The position numbers and the translations under genes were made by a program. Below, one piece after another: positions 59,448-64,000 of a stretch of 64,000 nt of DNA (position 1 is its first letter; every line of letters begins with the position of its first letter). This DNA comes from Escherichia phage Ec_Makalu_002, in sequence record MN709127.1. One strand, given 5' to 3'. The notes beneath the pieces were generated by a model that saw only the letters and a list, made by a program, of their open reading frames with translations, was not told the origin of the DNA and ran no database searches.

Positions 59448-59942
59448 ATGGCACTCGATTTGAATGATATTACACGCGGTTTCGAGTCTGGCGATTTTGC
59501 TCGTCCTAACCTGTTTGAAGTTGAGATCCCGTATCTGGGGCAAAACTTTAAGCTGATGTGTAAGGCTGCTACTGTCCCGGCTGCTACCGTAGAAAAAATT
59601 GCTGTAGGCTATCAAAACCGTAAAATTAACATCGCTGGCGACCGTGTATACGACGACTGGACCATCACTGTATTCAACGATGACGCACACAAGATCCGTG
59701 ATGCTATCGTTGCATGGAGCGATCAGACACATGGCACTGGTTCGGCGATCACGGGTGCAACTCCTGCACAATATAAGAAACAAGCTATTGTTCGTCAACT
59801 TAACCGTAACACCGAATCAACTAGCGAAAAAACATTGTACGGTATTTTCCCTACCAACGTTGGTGAAGTAACCCTCGATTGGGAACAAAACAACGAAGTT
59901 GAAACGTTTGAAGTTACTTTTGCTATCGATTGGGTAGAATAA
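59448..59942 (+). CDS. 19: tail tube protein gp19
   Basis: 164 aa; FESGDFARPNLFEVEIPYLGQNF resembles T4 gp19. Confidence 0.95.
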   Translation: MALDLNDITRGFESGDFARPNLFEVEIPYLGQNFKLMCKAATVPAATVEKIAVGYQNRKINIAGDRVYDDWTITVFNDDAHKIRDAIVAWSDQTHGTGSAITGATPAQYKKQAIVRQLNRNTESTSEKTLYGIFPTNVGEVTLDWEQNNEVETFEVTFAIDWVE

Positions 59943-59954
59943 ATATATTATCAT

Positions 59955-59973
59955 GCGGGGAGAAGTTCCCCGC
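59955..59973 (+). promoter_or_regulatory. intergenic RNA stem-loop between genes 19 and 20
   Basis: gcggggagaagttccccgc; second copy of the stem-loop. Confidence 0.45.
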
Positions 59974-60000
59974 CTAATTTCTCCCAATTCGAGGTGAATA

Positions 60001-61566
60001 ATGTTTAGTAGATTAAAAATGCTTGCGCGTTGGGCTGATTTTGACAACGACAAATACGAAGAACAAATTAAAGATAAAGCAGAGTCTATCGCCGCACCTA
60101 AAAACAATGATGGTGCTACGGAAGTAGAAATTAACGATAATTCACCTGCTAGCTCGTGGAACTCTCTTACCCAGCAATTTTACAGCACCGACCAGAAAAT
60201 CAGCACAACTAAGCAATTAGTTAACACATATCGCGGTTTGATGAATAACCATGAAGTCGAAAACGCTGTACAAAATATCGTTAACGATGCGATTGTATTT
60301 GAAGAAGGTCATGAAGTTGTTTCATTAAATCTTGAGGCGACTGGCTTTAGTGAATCTGTAAAAGAGCGCATTCATGAAGAATTTAAAGATCTTTTAAACA
60401 CTATCCAGTTTGATAGGCGCGGTCAGGATATGTTCCGTCGCTGGTATGTCGATTCGCGTATTTTCTTCCATAAAATCATCGGCAAAAATCCAAAAGATGG
60501 TATCATAGAATTACGCCAGCTTGATCCACGAAATCTTGAATATGTTCGCGAGATCATTACAGAAGACACACCGGAAGGTAAAATTTATAAAGCAACGAAA
60601 GAATATTTCATTTACACTGTAGGTAATAGCTCTTATTGCGCAGGTGGTCAAGTATTCTCTCCTAACAGTCGCGTTAAAATCCCGCGTAGTGCTATTACAT
60701 ACGCTCACAGCGGCTTGATGGATTGCGATGATAAATATATCATTGGTTATTTGCATCGGGCTGTTAAGCCAGCAAACCAGCTTAAATTGTTGGAAGACGC
60801 AATGGTCGTTTATCGTATCACGCGTGCACCGGAACGCCGAGTGTTCTTTATTGATACCGGAAACATGAACAACCGCAAGGCTGCACAGCACATGAACTCA
60901 GTGGCACAGTCTTTTAAAAACCGCGTTGTTTATGATGCATCGACTGGTAAACTTAAAAACCAGCAAGCAAATCTATCAATGACAGAGGACTACTGGTTAC
61001 AGCGTCGAGATGGTAAAGCAATAACCGACGTTACTACTTTACCTGGTGCATCCGGTATGAGTGATATCGATGATATTCGCTACTTTAACCGTAAATTGTA
61101 TGAAGCGTTGCGTGTACCATTGTCACGCAGTAATCTCTCCGATGCTAATATGGTGATCGGTGGTGACGGTTCAGAAATTACTCGCGATGAGTTGGAATTT
61201 TCGAAATTCATTAGAACTCTGCAATCACAGTTTTCGGAAGTATTGCGCGATCCTCTGAAATATAATCTGATTCTCAAAAATGTAATTACGGAAGATGATT
61301 GGGATCGTGAAATAAATAATATCAAGGTGGTTTTCCATCGGGACTCTTATTATACAGAAGTTAAAGACGCGGAAATTTTAGAACGTCGAATCGGTCTAAT
61401 CGAACGTATTACACCTTACATTGGTAAATATTTCTCTAACCAGACAGTGATGCGTGACATTCTGAAATATACCGATGACCAGATGGACACCGAGAAGAAA
61501 CAGATCGAAGAAGAAGCGAACGATCCGCGCTTTAAACAAACTCCCGATGAAATAGAGGATTTTTAA
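60001..61566 (+). CDS. 20: portal vertex protein gp20
   Basis: 521 aa; RRWYVDSRIFFHKII and GYLHRAVKPANQLKLLEDA segments match T4 gp20 as recalled. Confidence 0.95.
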   Translation: MFSRLKMLARWADFDNDKYEEQIKDKAESIAAPKNNDGATEVEINDNSPASSWNSLTQQFYSTDQKISTTKQLVNTYRGLMNNHEVENAVQNIVNDAIVFEEGHEVVSLNLEATGFSESVKERIHEEFKDLLNTIQFDRRGQDMFRRWYVDSRIFFHKIIGKNPKDGIIELRQLDPRNLEYVREIITEDTPEGKIYKATKEYFIYTVGNSSYCAGGQVFSPNSRVKIPRSAITYAHSGLMDCDDKYIIGYLHRAVKPANQLKLLEDAMVVYRITRAPERRVFFIDTGNMNNRKAAQHMNSVAQSFKNRVVYDASTGKLKNQQANLSMTEDYWLQRRDGKAITDVTTLPGASGMSDIDDIRYFNRKLYEALRVPLSRSNLSDANMVIGGDGSEITRDELEFSKFIRTLQSQFSEVLRDPLKYNLILKNVITEDDWDREINNIKVVFHRDSYYTEVKDAEILERRIGLIERITPYIGKYFSNQTVMRDILKYTDDQMDTEKKQIEEEANDPRFKQTPDEIEDF

Positions 61567-61806
61567 ATGAAACAATTTATCGAAGCAATTAAAACTCGCG
61601 ATCTAACGCTGATCGAAAAAGAATTTGATAAGATCATGGAGGCTAAAAAAGCCCAGATCATCGAATCCCAGCGTGTCGAAATCGCATCCAGTATCATGAT
61701 CGAAGGTGAAGAAGAAAAAGACCGCGATGATGAGGAAGATATGGAAGATGAGGACGACGAAGACGAAGATCGCAAAGACGATAAAAAAGACAAAGAAGAC
61801 GAATAA
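61567..61806 (+). CDS. 67: prohead core protein gp67 (acidic)
   Basis: 79 aa; highly acidic DE-rich C-terminus; synteny. Confidence 0.8.
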   Translation: MKQFIEAIKTRDLTLIEKEFDKIMEAKKAQIIESQRVEIASSIMIEGEEEKDRDDEEDMEDEDDEDEDRKDDKKDKEDE

Positions 61807-61818
61807 TAGGAAGCCAAC

Positions 61819-62226
61819 ATGATTAAAGATTTTACTCCTAAAGCTGACTTAGAAACTTTTCTGCCGGAAGCACAGGAAAAATTGGACATGTTGGCTATGT
61901 TTGAGTCAGAAGAACTATTGAAAATCGTTGAAGGTATCGCCGAAGATGAGCCAGAATTGGCTGTAGCAATGTTGTCTATTATCGACGGAATTACTGTAAA
62001 CGAAGCAATGGTTAAACATGTAAACGCACGCGGGGAAGTTGCACGCAAGAAAGATCGCAAAACCCGTGAGCGTAATGCTTACATGACTACTGGCCTAAGC
62101 AAAGCTAAACGCCGTCAAATTGCCCGTCGTGCTGCAAAAACCAAACGCGCAAATCCATCTATCGAACGTCATGCGGAACGTAAGCGCAAAAAAGCAATGC
62201 GTAAACGTAAGGCGTTAGGATTATAA
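61819..62226 (+). CDS. 68: prohead core protein gp68
   Basis: 135 aa; basic C-terminus; synteny. Confidence 0.75.
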   Translation: MIKDFTPKADLETFLPEAQEKLDMLAMFESEELLKIVEGIAEDEPELAVAMLSIIDGITVNEAMVKHVNARGEVARKKDRKTRERNAYMTTGLSKAKRRQIARRAAKTKRANPSIERHAERKRKKAMRKRKALGL

Positions 62227-62237
62227 CAGGAAACAAC

Positions 62238-62933
62238 ATGGAAAAGAACGAATTACTGATCGAACAATGGGGCGTTCCTTGTGCTCGCGGTAGTTCGTCA
62301 TTGCTTGAATCATTTGATGATAAGGCTACAGGAAATCTCTATATTCAAGGGATTTTCCTGCAAGCCGAAACGGTAAACCGCAATAAACGCTGGTATCCTC
62401 GCAGTGTTCTAGAAAATGCGGTTACTAAATACATACATGAACAAGTTGAGACACATCAAGCTCTAGGCGAACTTAATCACCCAGCAAGAGCAATGCCAGA
62501 TCCATCTAATGCTTGCATCATAATTGAAAAATTATGGTGGGAAGGTAATAACGTGATGGGTAAAGCCCGTGTTATTGAAGGGGATAAAGGCGCAGGTGAT
62601 AAACTTGCTGCACTGATTCGCGCTGGCTGGATTCCTGGCGTTTCCTCCCGTGGGTTGGGTCGGTTGAAAGACTCTGGTCGCGGATACAATATTGTACAGG
62701 AAGGTTTTGTGTTGACGGTTGGTGTTGATGTTGTTTGGGGTCCAAGCGCACCAGATGCGTGGGTAACTCCTGTGGTTGAGTCAACGGATATCGATTCTAG
62801 CGCGTCAGACGCACCAGAAAGTGATAAAACCGAAAAAGTGACTAACCCTACAGCCCCACAACAAAACATCGTAGAATTGAATAATAGCGCGTTTATGGCG
62901 CTCGCAGAAGCGTTATCTAAACGTTATAAATAA
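62238..62933 (+). CDS. 21: prohead core scaffold protease gp21
   Basis: 231 aa; synteny upstream of scaffold gene 22 and gene 23. Confidence 0.85.
   Translation: MEKNELLIEQWGVPCARGSSSLLESFDDKATGNLYIQGIFLQAETVNRNKRWYPRSVLENAVTKYIHEQVETHQALGELNHPARAMPDPSNACIIIEKLWWEGNNVMGKARVIEGDKGAGDKLAALIRAGWIPGVSSRGLGRLKDSGRGYNIVQEGFVLTVGVDVVWGPSAPDAWVTPVVESTDIDSSASDAPESDKTEKVTNPTAPQQNIVELNNSAFMALAEALSKRYK
62925..62932 (+). promoter_or_regulatory. T4-type late promoter (TATAAATA) for gene 22
   Basis: TATAAATA within the 3' end of gene 21, ~33 nt upstream of the gene 22 ATG. Confidence 0.5.
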
Positions 62934-62964
62934 TAACGTCGTTATCAACAAGAAGGTTATAACC

Positions 62965-63759
62965 ATGCTTAAAGAAATGCTGCTCGAAGAAGCAAAACAG
63001 ATCACCGTAGACGTTGCTCTCGATGACCTGTTTGAATCCGTCGAACTGTCGCCGGAAGTAAAAGAAAATTTTGGTACTATCTACGCTCAGGCGGTAAAAG
63101 CTAATGCTGTTGCTCTGGCAGAAAGCCACATTGAAAAAATCGCCGCTAAAGCCGATGAACTGGTAGAATCAAAGGTCGAAGAAGCACGTACCGAGATTGA
63201 AACCAAACTATACGAAGATGCAGATAAATTCCTGAATCACTTAGGCGCTAAATGGCTGGCAGAAAATAAAGAAGCCGTCACCCGTAATATTAAAGCGGAT
63301 CTGTGCGAATCCCTGATTGGTTCTCTGAAAGATGTTTTCGTTACTCACAATGTTGTAGTACCGGAAGAATCTGTAGACGTTGTTGCGGAACTTGACGAAG
63401 CACTCAAAGAAGAAAAAGAAAAAACCTCTGAACTCTTTGATGCCAAACTGCAACTTGAAAGCGAAATTCGTGGCATGAAGCGCGAACAAGCGATCAATGA
63501 AAGCACTCGTGATCTTTCCGATACTCAGAAAGAAAAAGTAACCGCGCTGATTGAAGGTCTGGAATATAGCGAAACTTTCGATAAGAAATTAACTGCAATT
63601 GTCGAAATGGTTGCTAAGAAAGAAGACAAACCAGCGAAGATTGAAGAATCACTAAATACTGATGCCGACAAGCTGAATGTTATTGCAGAAGCTGTCGAAG
63701 AATCAGAGAAAAAGGCAACTGTAGATTCCGGCGTATCCCGCTACCTGAATTTCATCTAA
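62965..63759 (+). CDS. 22: prohead core scaffold protein gp22
   Basis: 264 aa; acidic, helical, low complexity; synteny. Confidence 0.85.
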   Translation: MLKEMLLEEAKQITVDVALDDLFESVELSPEVKENFGTIYAQAVKANAVALAESHIEKIAAKADELVESKVEEARTEIETKLYEDADKFLNHLGAKWLAENKEAVTRNIKADLCESLIGSLKDVFVTHNVVVPEESVDVVAELDEALKEEKEKTSELFDAKLQLESEIRGMKREQAINESTRDLSDTQKEKVTALIEGLEYSETFDKKLTAIVEMVAKKEDKPAKIEESLNTDADKLNVIAEAVEESEKKATVDSGVSRYLNFI

Positions 63760-63777
63760 TGTAATTCAAATCTACTT

Positions 63778-63785
63778 TATAAATA
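63778..63785 (+). promoter_or_regulatory. T4-type late promoter (TATAAATA) for gene 23
   Basis: TATAAATA ~34 nt upstream of the gene 23 ATG. Confidence 0.6.
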
Positions 63786-63818
63786 CTTTAGGTTAACAAC
63801 AAACAAGGTTTAAAGAAC

Positions 63819-64000
63819 ATGAAAACTACCAAAGAACTGATGGAAAAATGGTCCCCGCTGCTGGAGAACGAAAAACTGCCGGAAATCGCAACTGCGTCTA
63901 AGCAGAAACTGGTTGCTAAAATTCTGGAATCTCAGGAAGCGGATTTTGCTGTAGACCCGATCTATAAGGATGAAAAAGTTGTTGAAGCATTCGGTGGCTT
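63819..64000 (+). CDS. 23: major capsid protein gp23, N-terminal fragment (continues beyond window)
   Basis: MKTTKELMEKWSPLLENEKLPEIA...YKDEKVVEAFGG matches the T4 gp23 N-terminal propeptide region. Confidence 0.9.
   Translation, partial: MKTTKELMEKWSPLLENEKLPEIATASKQKLVAKILESQEADFAVDPIYKDEKVVEAFGG

Noticed and set aside
61563-62060. Ser-rich 165 aa minus-strand ORF
   Set aside because: Antisense artefact of the acidic, low-complexity coding sequence of genes 67/68 (GAA/GAT repeats read as Ser codons); it lies inside well-supported late genes.

Overview
T4-like (Tevenvirinae) phage segment. Left ~30 kb is an early/accessory region transcribed almost entirely on the minus strand: nrdG, nrdD, endonuclease VII (49), nrdC, dam, tk, rI-like, regB-like, an M15 peptidase, a GrcA homolog, a macro-domain protein, a pol-beta-type nucleotidyltransferase, 57B (Acb1-type 2H phosphoesterase), 57A, dNMP kinase (1), 3, 2 and 4. 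These are interleaved with many small ORFs, tandem paralog families and small membrane proteins, and punctuated by repeated sigma70-like promoter/leader cassettes and hairpin terminators. Right ~30 kb is the late structural module on the plus strand in T4 order: 53, 5, 5.1, 5.4, 6, 7, 8, 9, 10, 11, 12, wac, 13, 14, 15, 16, 17, 18, 19, 20, 67, 68, 21, 22 and the start of 23. Insertions relative to the T4 backbone: an HNH endonuclease between genes 2 and 4, a promoter-to-terminator methyltransferase island between 8 and 9, a GIY-YIG endonuclease between 13 and 14, and a ~331 aa LAGLIDADG intein in the P-loop of terminase gp17. All calls rest on reading the translated ORFs and DNA motifs, with T4 protein sequences compared from memory; no database search was run. 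CDS coordinates are from the ORF track; hand-counted coordinates of non-ORF features may be off by a few bases.
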